A stretch of DNA of 50,650 bases, filler included, from Streblomastix strix (GCA_008636045.1; 2 parts of 2 records of this genome joined end to end with filler, not necessarily neighbours in it), one strand, 5' to 3'. Shown: positions 23,336 through 35,164, counted from the whole stretch's first letter. Made by a program: numbers and translations. The notes: generated from the sequence alone by a model not told the origin.

Positions 23336-25141
23336 ATGGAATTAAGACAGTAACAATAACCTGATCAATAGAAAAATATAGATTCTTATTCATAAGCTTA
23401 TAATTATTTATATTATTTTGATAACTCAGATAATGTTATTCTAACAAAGGTATAGATGAAGGAATTATTAAATAAGGATTCTGATAAAAGGCTAATTGAA
23501 AATGGATATTATTATACTTCTTACCTAACAAATGATGATTATACTAAATTATGGGATAAGTACAAGAGTTGGGCAGAGGATGAAAATCCGAATTTGTATA
23601 AGTATATCATTGCATAGGAATAAACTGATTAATAAATTGCTTAATCGAGATATGGAACAATTAAACAAAAACCTTAGGAGTAAACACCCTAATCAATTTT
23701 TCCGTAAATTTAAGTCTGTTAGCCTATAAGAATTAATTAACCGTTATTGAATACTCCATCTATCTAACCTTTGAAACCGAAAGCTAAAAAACAAAGCTAG
23801 TCGATTACTTCTGTTAATGAACTTAATGAATTAAAGTAGTAGGTAATGAATATAGTTACTGAATAGGAGTAATTTAATTTAGATAATGATATAGATCCAA
23901 ACACAAAAATAAATGCAATGCTCTAATAACAAAGCAATAATTCAAAACAGTCGTTTTATACCAGTTTTCTGAATCATAAGTTCAATTAAAAGCAGTTAAA
24001 AGTATTGGATTAAATAGCAGAAACTGTTAACTTTGTCGACTAATCTCTTAGATAATGGTATGATTAATACATCTTATAATATTCCGAGAGATATCCATAG
24101 AAAATTTATACTAAATATAAGCCAAAGAAATCAAAAAAGTTAGAAAAAGATGATTTACACTAAGTAATAACATAAAAGCAATTTCCATTCAAATCAAAGT
24201 ATGAAGTTATCCGTAAAGCTAATTACTATGATATCCCAACATACTAAACCAAGAACTAATTTGATATTTATTCTTAGACTAATACCCTAGAACCACATGA
24301 TTATTAACTCAAACCACTAGCGAAATTTGAAAGATCATACTTCTCACCCAATTATAATTCATGGGAAATTGATTAGAAATTCATAATGAAAAAGAATGTT
24401 GAAATTAAACAATATCTATTCGCTATTAATGTAAATACTAAATATTTGATAGTAATTCCAGTGAAATCGAAATCATAAATTCCAATCCTTGATGCTCTCA
24501 AATAGCTTATATCACTTGTTAAGATTGATGATATCAGAGGTGATGGCGAGAAAGCTTATGCTTCAAAATTACTAAATTATTTCTATAAAGAAAACAATAT
24601 AAATACATTCTTCACAGGCAACAAATTTACTAATCATAATAGAGTAATTGATAGAGTAATTCGAACAGTAAGAGATGCTTTTGGCAATAACATTTATGAA
24701 CTTGCTAATGAATAATTGATGCAATAAACTGTAGATTTATATAATTATACGCCGCACATTGCTTATTAAAATAAATATAGTCCAATATAAGTTTAAAATG
24801 ATAAGCGGATTGAAGGTTAATACATCTATCACTAATAATAACAATTAAATGAGATATTAAGATTTCAAAAACAATAAGGTTTGAAATAGTATCAAAAGGG
24901 TATTATTTTACTACTACATATTGATACCGCAAAGATAAAACACTAATTTGATAAGATTAGACGTAATTTCAATAATATTGGTATATTTATGGAAAATGTT
25001 AATGGGAATGTTAATGTTGAGTTATTGAACCCATATAGTGATTTATAAACAGTAGTGTTATCAATATACTTCACAAAATTAGTGGCAAAAAATATAAACG
25101 AATTAGATAACGAATATAAATAATAATTTAGATTAAAATTG
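23336..25141 (+). CDS. Retroviral-like (rve) integrase with long N-terminal extension; no TGA at the expected end
   Basis: Uninterrupted ~600-codon frame: SWEID, YLFAINVNTKYL, IRGDGEKAY, NHNRVIDRVIRTVRD, LYNYTPH, KYSP. Confidence 0.88.
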
Positions 25142-25170
25142 GGAATTTTTATTTTTTTACTTAATCTAAA

Positions 25171-25293
25171 ATGGAAACAACAATCGAAACTAACAATGAA
25201 GTTCAAAGTGAGTAAGTTGAATAATAAATTGAAAAGAGATCAGTCGGAAGACCAAAGAAATACTTCAATAATGAAGATAGAAAGGAAGCAATA
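25171..25293 (+). CDS. AT-hook-like DNA-binding protein, partial (cut by contig end)
   Basis: METTIETNNEVQSEQVEQQIEKRSVGRPKKYFNNEDRKEAI; GRP core with basic flanks. Confidence 0.5.
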
Positions 25294-25393
25294 NNNNNNN
25301 NNNNNNNNNNNNNNNNNNNNNNNNNNNNNNNNNNNNNTTAATTAATTAANNNNNNNNNNNNNNNNNNNNNNNNNNNNNNNNNNNNNNNNNNNN
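25294..25393. other. Artificial contig-joining linker
   Basis: Exactly 44 N + TTAATTAATTAA + 44 N (100 bp), a six-frame-stop spacer. Confidence 0.95.
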
Positions 25394-25671
25394 ATACAGT
25401 CTATGATATTGGTGCTTTAGATTGGGGTAGACCACCAATTAATGATATTTATGGTAGAAAACCATTTGAAACATATGATACAGGTTATAAATATGATTAA
25501 TTTGGTAATCCTATAGCTTATATGAAGAAACCAACGATACCTATCGGTAAGAAAGGTAATATATAGAAGAGAAACTACATTCCAACTTCATAACTAATAC
25601 AAACTGCTAAAGCATAGGCTGATTTACACAAGAAATTAACTAAGTCAGCTAAAATTACTAAGAAAAAGTGA
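25394..25671 (+). CDS. 3' end of basic hypothetical protein, paralogue of 35165-36058
   Basis: TVYDIGALDWGRPPINDIYGRKPFETY versus TIYEIGALDWCRLPINDIYGRSRFETY at ~35945-36030; Lys-rich tail ending in TGA. Confidence 0.6.
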
Positions 25672-25752
25672 TCATAACACATCATCATACATTAATCATA
25701 ACTTATTTCCTTATTCTTCCACTAATTCCATCATAAATTATCATTTTTATAT

Positions 25753-26259
25753 AGAAGGGAATTATGACGAGGTTCTAATGTAACAAACTTAGCGATACAT
25801 AAGATGAAACACACAGGAATTCATAAAGAAAATTATTTTTACACTATCAATTTCAATTAAAAATACTCATTCATCAGTCAAACACTCTTTCTAAACAGTA
25901 ATTAACACTCAACTCAACAAACTTTGTCCTAATTATTCTTGATTCGAATGTATACTTACACTTCCAAATACTTATGGTAAAATATTTTTATAAACCAACT
26001 TATTTGAGCTCGAGCACCGAGCACCAAGCACCAACAACTTTTCCAATAAAAATTTTCAAATTACTTATCACTCATATTTTCACAAATATTTTCAATTTCA
26101 ATTATTAATAATTATTTTCATCAAATTCCATCTTATTCCATTTTCACCAACACTACCGATATATTTGGTAATATTTCAATTTTCATTATTTATCCCATTA
26201 TTTTTCATAAAATACCGCAAAATTCCAAATTACCATTAAGCTCGTCATAATTCCCTTCT
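25753..26259. mobile_element. 507-bp non-coding element with 19-bp perfect TIRs (AGAAGGGAATTATGACGAG)
   Basis: 25753-25771 and 26241-26259 are exact reverse complements; same family as 15741-16346 in opposite orientation. Confidence 0.8.
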
Positions 26260-27440
26260 TGTGTCTAAAGAAGACAACATTGAGAAGATAAGAACTACTG
26301 TTCCAACTGAAAAAATTCATAAATCTAACATTGAGGAGAGTATCAATCAAGATCAAATACTTGGCAACAATAATACGCAAATTAAACTTCTTAAGAATCC
26401 AAGTAAGAGAAGTCTCCCTCTATCTCTAACGAATGGACTCTGCGAAAATGAAAGCATTGAAGAAGAAGGATTGGAAAGAAAGTATGACATTACCATTGGA
26501 GATTCTATTAGAACTTTATTGGTGGAAAGGAACGATATCGAAGAACATGGAGATGACACTGGAAGTGAAGATTCCAGAAGCGGTGATGGTATCAATCGCA
26601 TCTCCGAAGGGCTGGGGAGTGACTCTGGAACTACAAACAGGAGATACTTTAGTCTAACATCGAGAATGGAATAAGGAACAGAAGAAGTGGACATGTAATA
26701 AGAAGGAGATGGAAGCCATATATTTAGGACTATTTCGTTACGGATAATTATTTAAAGAACTGCAGATCAATGCGATCCTCATCAAGTCAGATAGCCCTAC
26801 CGCAGTATAAGATTTAGCAAAACAAAGAGCAGGATAAACATTAGTAGCGGAAGTGAAGAAAATAGTTAGGTTATGTCAACTACTGAGAATACAAACACAG
26901 ACTCAACATATTCCGGGAATATCGAACAAGATAACGGACGCACTAAGCAGGTTAAGCACCTAGGGCGATTATTCAGTAAAGAAAGAGATATTCATAGCCC
27001 TGTGCTAAGCGTAGCAGATAATACAAACGCTGGACTTGTTCGCAACAGAGGAAAACAAACTCATGGATAGATTCGTGGCAAAAGGAGAGGAAGAGGAAGG
27101 GGCAGAGTGGTTGAACGCATTTTCTAGACCATGGAAGGAGGAGATCTTTTGGATCCACCCACCAATTCCGAAGATTGGAAAAGCCCTGATCGCTTGGGAG
27201 AAGTTCAAACCCAAGTCAGTCATGGTAGCACCTTGGTGGCCAGGTCAAATATGGTTCACGTCTTTACTAACAGACAGCAGTAGATACCCTATTCTTGGAG
27301 AGAGCTCTCTGATTCTGAACCTGGGGAAGGAGATGATTAGGAAGATGGACATGTTACCACCAGGAAAAATCGCGGCATTCCTCATGGACCAAGAGTAGAT
27401 TAAGCAAGGAAGTGATTAACAGTGTTTTTAGACAAAGTGA
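26260..27440 (+). pseudogene. DIRS pol C-terminal part: RT thumb, RNase H, Dam-like methyltransferase domain
   Basis: ELYWWKG, SIASPKGWG (D mutated), NKKEMEAI, IKSDSPTAV, HIPGISNKITDALSR; LDLFATEEN, NAFSRPW, WIHPP, VAPWWPGQIWF. Confidence 0.88.
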
Positions 27441-28092
27441 ACATGCCAAGAGATTCACAATAAATGATAATTGAAGGATAAAAATTCAACACTCAAAAGA
27501 AATATATGTAGACAATGGGATTGTTTGATGATTGGATGGGAGAGAAAAAATATTTTATGGATGACATTTTGAGAAAGAGAATACCATTTATTCATACAGA
27601 ATTCATGACTTGGTTAACGAAAACAAAGAAAACGATTCAATCATCAGCAAAACATCATGCATCAATATTGAATACACTGCTGTCTCTCATATTTGGAACC
27701 GAATAGGTCTCCGCAACAGCGAAGAGACTCACAACACATGCTATTTCGAACTTTCGGATTAGTAATTAAAGATATGGGAGCACATAGGATATTAGTCAAT
27801 TATATGATCGTTGGAGGAACAGACCAGAGAGTCAACTCCTCTCAAACGAAGAATTGTAAACCAAACTGGCATCGTTAATGATGTCACTTTGTTTTGTAAG
27901 AATGGAAAAGATGACGATTATAGACTTATCAGTTTCTATAATTGATGGAGTACACAGATCAGCTTCAGTTTGCATACCACCAAAACAATCAAGACAAAGA
28001 TAAAGATATGACTTAAGAAGAACAGAGGAAGCAACAGCTTGTCCAACTGAATCCTTCTTTGTCTGGTTAGCAAGACTGAGAGAACATTTTCA
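27385..28092 (+). pseudogene. DIRS tyrosine recombinase; C-terminal catalytic region deleted
   Basis: LQTKLASLMMSLCFVRMEKM (catalytic Arg I), PKQS, CPTESFFVWL, then an abrupt break with no HSxR or Tyr motif. Confidence 0.75.
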
Positions 28093-28911
28093 CACTTGAC
28101 ATACCAGACTCAAAGATGAACAACAAGTTCTATGTGTTTACAGTGAATAGATAATAGGATTCCATAGCCTCTGCACTCATAAAGAATCACGGCGAGAAGC
28201 AGGTAGAACCAGCTACTTAAACTATCTTAAAATAAAGGAATAATGTAAGAGTCTCCGACGGAGATGTACTATAATAATAATCTCCGTAAGGATATTATTT
28301 ATAGATAACTCCATAGGTGACTCTTGTTTTACCTCTTTCCCTCCCACTGATTTCGACCCAACTCATCGTTGATGCATGATCCCCGAACGATCGCGAGAGT
28401 ACAAGAGGCTTGGAATCACAAATGTAGAAGGATGATCATGATGAAGAGCAATCAAGTAGAGCTCCAGTTTCAAGTATGACAAAGAATTCTGATCAAGCAG
28501 GAACTGCGAATGCTAAGATATGATGAAGAGAAATCATGTGTGAGAGAATGCGTCTAATGCGGGGGTTTTTATATATTTTTTCACATCAAACACCTTTACA
28601 ATTTAACAAATTTCTCTTTTCCTCACTCCTACAAGATGAAAATAGGGGGAAATGGTTTTCTCTTTATAATTTTTTCCCTCACTTCAATCTAATACTTTTG
28701 TTTTAATTTTCACCTCGCCTGGGACCTTTTCAGTCACAGAAAACCTGTATTGACACTTCAAAGCAGTAATTTTTTTGACGCTTTCTTAATGTATTTTTAT
28801 ACATGGCCGACCCATAGGGATGGACAGTTCGGAGGAGCACCCAGTCCTAGCGGCCCATTTGGCAATCTCAAAATAAAGAGGTGAAGCAAGAGTCTCCTAT
28901 GGAGATAACTA

Positions 28912-31519
28912 CAAATAAAGAATGTTATTCATGAATTTTGATTGAATGATTGTCTCAAATTGTAGAAAATTTTTAGTACCGAAGTATTCCATAGTAGATC
29001 TATTTGATATTAAATATAATCATTAATTCTATTATCGATTGCTGATAATAATAGCTTAGATTATCGTATTATATCATTGCTTAATTCGACTTAACCAATA
29101 TCTCTTAGAAAATCATTAAGCTCCATATTTGAACTTACGTAGTTCTTAGTATCTAAAAAATTTTTGATTAATGGATTTATTTGCAGATTAAACTGCAACA
29201 TGAATTGGACAACTTCTTAAACTATGTTTATCGATGATTTCATACTTTATTGATCTAATATTCATAAATACTGAAGTTGTAACAGATTTTAAACAATCAA
29301 ATCTAAAAATTGTTACTTCATATCGTTAAGGAATATCTTCGATGAGTATATTATCATCACATATTTATAATGCTTCACTGAACGCCTGTTCAAGCCATTT
29401 CTCAACGAAACCTTATTAAGAATTGTCATAAGATATTGTCCTGATATGGTTCTTGGCTTTAATAGTTGATGCAACAGCTGTTGGAATAAGAATTGGATAT
29501 TAATAGCCGGGAGTTTTCTATAACTCTGTTTAATACCTGAATGTTATGTAATATTAGGTTGTTTTATACTCTGATTCTATATTATGAGCTAGGAGATATC
29601 TATACGTCTAATTTGATGTAACTTGTGGAACAACTGGTTTGGGAAACTTCTCTAAAGTAATATATTTCTTGATTTAACCATTGTTTTACTGGCATTCTTT
29701 AATGTGAGAATCCATTTTTCTCTTAGAATTATTATTAGAATCCTTAGAGAATATAACATGACTATTACATATTGGACAGATTTTAATACCTAATAACATT
29801 TCAACACTGATTATATACATGAGATGATAGTTTCCATCATCATCGTTAAGAAGAAGAATAATATAATCTCGTTAATGAAATTCACGAGTAACTTTAGTTT
29901 CCTTGGCTTATTAAATATCAATATGATAATTTGTTAATAATTAATATGGATTTTCAACGTTCTTATCATCAAATTCATAGCAATTGATATTGATATTGTA
30001 TTTCTAACATACTTTCAATGAATCATCCCAGTTAAATCTGGGATAATTCTTAAAAAGTTCATGTTGATTTTCTTTCTTGACATTGTAGAATTCAAATAAT
30101 AATCATTTGCCTTCAGCAATTCTTGAATGACGAACAATTTCAAATCCTTTACTATCAGGCATTGTTATACAAGTTAAGTTATTCCAGAAGTTAATATTAT
30201 AATCATCTTTGGAATGAAAATATTTTATGATATTCTTCTTATTTTTATGAATCTTAATGAGCTCTTCTATATTCTTTCCAGGAAATGGTATTCAATAGGA
30301 TATTACTTTCATTGAATAGGTAGCTACCATAAGTTCTTAAGTTTATATCATTTCAATACATTCTTACATCTATATTATAGATGATCTTACGTAACGTTTG
30401 AATTCATTAATAGACTTTCTACTGTAAAGTGTAGTTGGAGCTTGATTTTAAACATGATTCTCATCATGAAGTCAAATTCTGTAAGTTACTTACTTATTAC
30501 TCACAGAATCTTGTTTAACATCCATTGGTGTTCTATATTTACTCAAGGCAGTAGTCTTGTAATGTTTATAACGAATTCTTTCTGGATATAATGCTTCCAC
30601 TAAATCTCTTCCTACTTAATTAGGATCATTTATGACTTCAGTTCGTTAGATTACTGTTTCAAAATCAAATCCACACTTGACTAATCTACCATTCTCATGT
30701 TAATAGACTCTTTCAATAAAGGCGTCACAATATTATGGTGAAATAATATGATTATTAAGGAATGTTACTGTAACTGCTGTTTACTGATCTCCACCTGCAT
30801 ATTCAATCCCATCGTCTTTAAAAGTCCCTCGTTTATCTGCAATAACATATGATAATAGATTATATCTCACTGGTTCTGTCAGAAGAATGAATTACTTATT
30901 ATCATAGCTAAAATTATAGACATCTCTATCAGAATATTATTGATTCATATCTAATATTTCTAATCTATTCCTAATTAATATATCACGTTCTTAAAGTAAT
31001 AATCTTGATTCAAATCTCTAAAATCTAGCTTGTAATTATTCTTATTCCATCATTTCCATGTTGAATTCTTAATCTATAATGTCTGTCTCTAACAATTTTT
31101 ATTAAGATTTTATTTTATAATGACTTCTACCTTTATCAGCATATTTCTACTGTTTATTAACAATTCTGTTAGGTTTTACTGAATTCTCTCATTAATTCTT
31201 TGCTGATTACTATTTCTTTACGAAATCTTTAGATAAAGCACGTGGAGCTAGTTTTTTAAACAGTTTATTTACTTGCAGCTTACTGTTTCTTAACGAAATC
31301 CTTAGGTATGGCTCTTAGAACTTGTTTTTAAACAGCTTGTTGAGGTTGAAGTTTAGGAATTTGTTTTACCACAGGTTGAGCTTAAATTGTTAGTTGCATT
31401 TGATCTTTAAATCGTTCTTTATAAGCTTGTTGCTGATGTTATCGACGATTTTACTGTTGTCTGTAGAATTTAAGCTTGTTTTTCAAAGCTGGCCTAGCTT
31501 ATTATTTTTTTCCTGACAT
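28912..31519 (-). pseudogene. polB: pPolB of a second Polinton-like family: N-terminal and exonuclease region only, degraded, truncated at the DIRS end
   Basis: MSGKKQQ...; YNINFWNNL...HSRIAEGK*LL; LLLNDDDGNYHLMYIISVENVIGIKICPIC; YYITF; PTAVASTIK; FVEKWLEQAF; KFLDTKNY, collinear with about 17800-19380. Confidence 0.75.
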
Positions 31520-32834
31520 TTTGGATAATTGTAAGATAAATTATTATTATTAATAAATAATAATTTAAAATAAATTAATTATTCTGACTATTAATAATTA
31601 AAAATAAATAGAAATATAAATAATAAAATAATAAAAATAATAAAATAGAATTTTGAGCTAGATGCTCGAGGTCATATGAGTTCATATTTTTATCATTAAG
31701 CCTGCACTTCTAATAGTAAATTATTATACCTATCAAGAAATTGCGTCCGTAATTTTCTACCGTAATTATCATATAAAGTGAATATAACAGCTTTGTTTTA
31801 GCCTATCGTACATTCTTAAAATAGCATATTCTAGCCCCATAATACTGGTGCACCAATAAGATTTTACTTATAACATACATTTGAGAAGCCAAAACCACCG
31901 ATTTCTTATAATGTGATACCTTATAACTAGTTAGAGACTGAGATGATAAGCATCTGTGGATATTATTAGAAATTACCAATGAATGGACATTTAATAGGTG
32001 TATCAGCAAACGAACTCCAAGCATCATACCGAGATTTATAATACCAAGGTTTTAAATCAATGAATTTCACTGATGAAGCATTATTAACGATAGGATTTGC
32101 TGCACTCTCAGATAATCTATCATATAAATCTAATGCAACAGTTAATTATATGAAAAAACTAGGTGATAGAGTTAATCTTCTTGATTATCATAGAATTTAA
32201 GGACTAGATTGATAATTTATAGATGAAAACTGGGTTAAAACATCAGGAACATACTATCCATAATATTAGAGTCAATTAACAGCAGTATGCATAATATCCC
32301 AATCATTAGAATTCTAACCAGGAATTGAAGATATAATTCTTACTGGATTTGTATTGATACTGTTAATTATTGATTATATAGTTGGTAATTAAATATTCAT
32401 TGGTAAAGCGTTTTCTTCGTATATTATATAATTATTATTGATATTATACTATTTTCCATGTAAATATTGTATTTTAACAGAGTGAACTGATGTTATAGTT
32501 AAGAATGGTTCTATATTTGTTATGATGTTACTTATCGTAGGGCAATATAAGTGAAAGATGTCAATTAATCTATAGTAACAGCCATTAGATTATATAAAGT
32601 ATTTATATAGATTTGAATATAATCTCAGATTTATATAATTTATTATAGAAGATACTATATCAGAGCCATTATTAATGTTCAGTGAGTACGTTCCATCTGA
32701 TAACTTCTAAATATGTTCATTAGAGGCATTACTAAAGCAAATTGCTCCACGATTACTTGTGTTTATCATTCAAAAGTATTATTCTTAAGTATCAATGAAC
32801 TCACCTAACTATGTTGAAGTTATAACCATGGATA

Positions 32835-34421
32835 AGGGAGCGTATTAATAAACTGCGCGTCAAATTGTTTGCACATTTTTGATAAAAAGATAAATTTGTT
32901 GAATTATTGATAGCTGATTATATAACTATTATATATTTTATATCGACTATGCATATAAGTATGTATAGTTCATAATAAATAAAATATATTTAAATATGTT
33001 ACTATGGATGTGTTGATTTGATTTCACTTATATGTATATATTAAATTTTATGCAAAAAAGGCGTCAAATTTTTTATATTTGTTTGTTTATTTCGACCATA
33101 ACGAATGATTAAACTATTATTGATATGTGAACACATTAGGCATATCCACCTTTCTTTAGCAAACATATGCACAAGCGCTTACGATAAGATTTCGTGTAGC
33201 TTTAGACTTCTTCGACAGTGGCACCCGAAGCTTCATGTTGAATTGCTTCCCATAACTAATCATCGTCCACATAAGAAACTCCGTTGGCACAAATGCGTCG
33301 AGCAAGTAAGCTCCATATATTTTCCACTGGATTTAAGTCTTATATTTGGGATGGCTAGTTCATAAACATGAAACCATTTTCATCGATATGCTCGCATGTC
33401 TCCTTTCCTTTTTGCAGTGATGTATTATCCTGTTGATAGATAAAGTCGGTATTATGTTGCACGTATATTGACGGAAGAACGTTATCACATTCCAGAGTCT
33501 CCCACTTATCGCTATTCAATTTACCAGTGATTCGATCACAACTAAGAATTCCAGCATCACTGATCGCAAGATGCACCATAATGTCATTATACATATTGTA
33601 ATCTTTCGAGAACATCTCATTATTTTTTTTATCTTCTGCAAGTTACCAATAGAAATTGTAGCCATCAGGCCAATTGTATCGAAATTTTTTCTCATCTGTA
33701 AAAACGAAGGGTACTTTTTATGGGTTTTCTTCTGTCAATTAAGATAAAAACGGTCTCTTCTTCAGTTTCCTTCTCCTCATATGCATCCGTTTCATTGTTC
33801 TGAGCATTGTAGAAGGTGAGACTTCCAACTGTAATAAATCAGGTACTTTACGATGTCCAGATTTTCTACGGTTTCTGAAGTATCGCTTAATTCATGTTTC
33901 TCCTTTCCTACTGATTTTTGGCTTCTGTCCTCTCTTTTGACTTGGTTGGGAGTAATTACCACTTGATATTAAGTTTTAAATCGTTCTAAGTGGAATTCTA
34001 GTTTTAGAATTGATCTATTCAGGCGATAAATGATCATCATCGCGAAAAACTCGAATTCTCTCTCTGTCTGCCTACGAGACTGCTTTACCTCAAGCCATCA
34101 TCATAAAATGGTAACATATTAATTATTATTAAATATTCAATTGCAAACATTTCGAAACGTATATTCATATGGATTCTTTCAGGCTTTATGCAAACAATAT
34201 GACGCAAAGGTTTATGGAAAATTTTAATATACTTTGATCCAGCCTCAAAATCTCGTATTTAAAGATATTATCCATACTTTTTTTATTATTAATCAATAAT
34301 ATAAATAATATATAATTAAAATCATGTTTATTTTAAAAAATTCTCACATCCCATAACTTGAAAATTTAAAATTGTTATGACCTTAAATACTGCGCAAACA
34401 ATTTGACGCGCAGTTTATCCT
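32835..34421 (-). mobile_element. Tc1-family DNA transposon (~1.59 kb)
   Basis: TIR core ATAAACTGCGCGTCAAATTGTTTGC at 32848-32872 and inverted at 34394-34418; right TIR lacks ~10 bp; flanks TA / TG. Confidence 0.88.
33064..34104 (-). pseudogene. Tc1/Tc3-like DD34E transposase (two in-frame TGAs, probable small deletion)
   Basis: N-terminal HTH region, FTDEKKFRYNWPDGYNFYW, YQQDN, DLNPVENIW with 34 residues between the second D and E. Confidence 0.9.
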
Positions 34422-35164
34422 TGATAATTCTCTTCGTTAGTGTATCTATTGTTGATAGTAATATTGAAATTTATTTATATAGTTGGAATTTCTTGTATCT
34501 CTGTTAATGTATAAGTTCCATTTGATTTTATTGATTATTCGTAATATTTCTTATTTGCAGTTGTTTTCGTATCATGAGCTATCTCTAAGTAATCTTGATT
34601 CAAGTAATAAGTGAGATTTATTGGCGTGTAATTAAGAAAATTTACTTAAATTGGCTTAGAACCACTGGGAATTGATGTTTTCCAAGTTAAATAATCAGAA
34701 TCTGAGTCAGTACAGATGATTTATAAGCTAAGTGATGACATTCTTTATAGCAAAAATAAATATACTGCTGTGTTCATTTCTCGTTAAGATATTAGATTAG
34801 TTTCATTGAAGCTTCTTATTCACTAGTCTCTTATGCAATACCAATGATTTCTTTAAGTTATTTCATCTTAAGACGCTTATTATATTATCTTAATAAGAAC
34901 CTGAGTTCAATTTCAGGGTCCGATTTAGTTGTAACACATAAAAAGCGATCTTAAAATTATTAGAATATACAAGGAATTTTTCTATTATAATGTGACGTTG
35001 GTTTAAAAATATGTAAATTCGATTGTTTATTATTATTTTCACAAATCATTTTTGCAACAGATATTAATAATCTATACAACAAGTAATATGCAAGATGAAA
35101 TTGTTATTAAGATATCCCAAGTCATTTAAAATTTGATTTACTTTGTTTATATTTAAAATAAAGT

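Larger units (their letters stand above)
7796..25293 (+). mobile_element. Endogenous Polinton/Maverick-like virus region: structural module (7796-15740) and replication/integration module (17124-25293); possibly two elements joined at 15741-16770; right end cut by contig boundary
   Basis: Co-oriented, intronless, tightly packed genes for fibre, MCP, penton, KilA-N, pPolB, HNH and rve integrase sharing an upstream TTATTTTT motif. No TIR, packaging ATPase or adenain-type protease gene was seen. Confidence 0.8.
26260..28911 (+). mobile_element. DIRS-like tyrosine-recombinase retrotransposon, 5'-truncated, with ICR and right terminus
   Basis: RNase H + methyltransferase ORF, overlapping YR ORF, ICR halves at 28247-28272 and 28301-28338 matching the terminus at 28875-28911. 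Confidence 0.9.
31693..34741 (-). pseudogene. Large penton/minor-capsid-like protein (~485 aa) interrupted by a Tc1 element
   Basis: N-terminus MSSLSLQII...QVNFLNYTPINLTYYLNQDYLEI; C-terminus MLIISVSN...VIFTLYDNYGRKL...NLLLEVQAQ*; frame restored on removing 32835-34421; several TGAs. Confidence 0.5.

Noticed and set aside
25139..25345. ORF extending into the N run
   Set aside because: Continuation of the integrase frame closed only by the artificial linker.
26261..26674. 137-aa standalone ORF
   Set aside because: Alternative frame overlapping DIRS pol, probably the N-terminal overlap of the YR ORF; not an independent gene.
26260..27440. Possible DGR/retron-like reverse transcriptase system diversifying the fibre gene
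   Set aside because: The sequence is DIRS pol lacking the RT core, lies on a different contig, and no template/variable repeat pair was seen.
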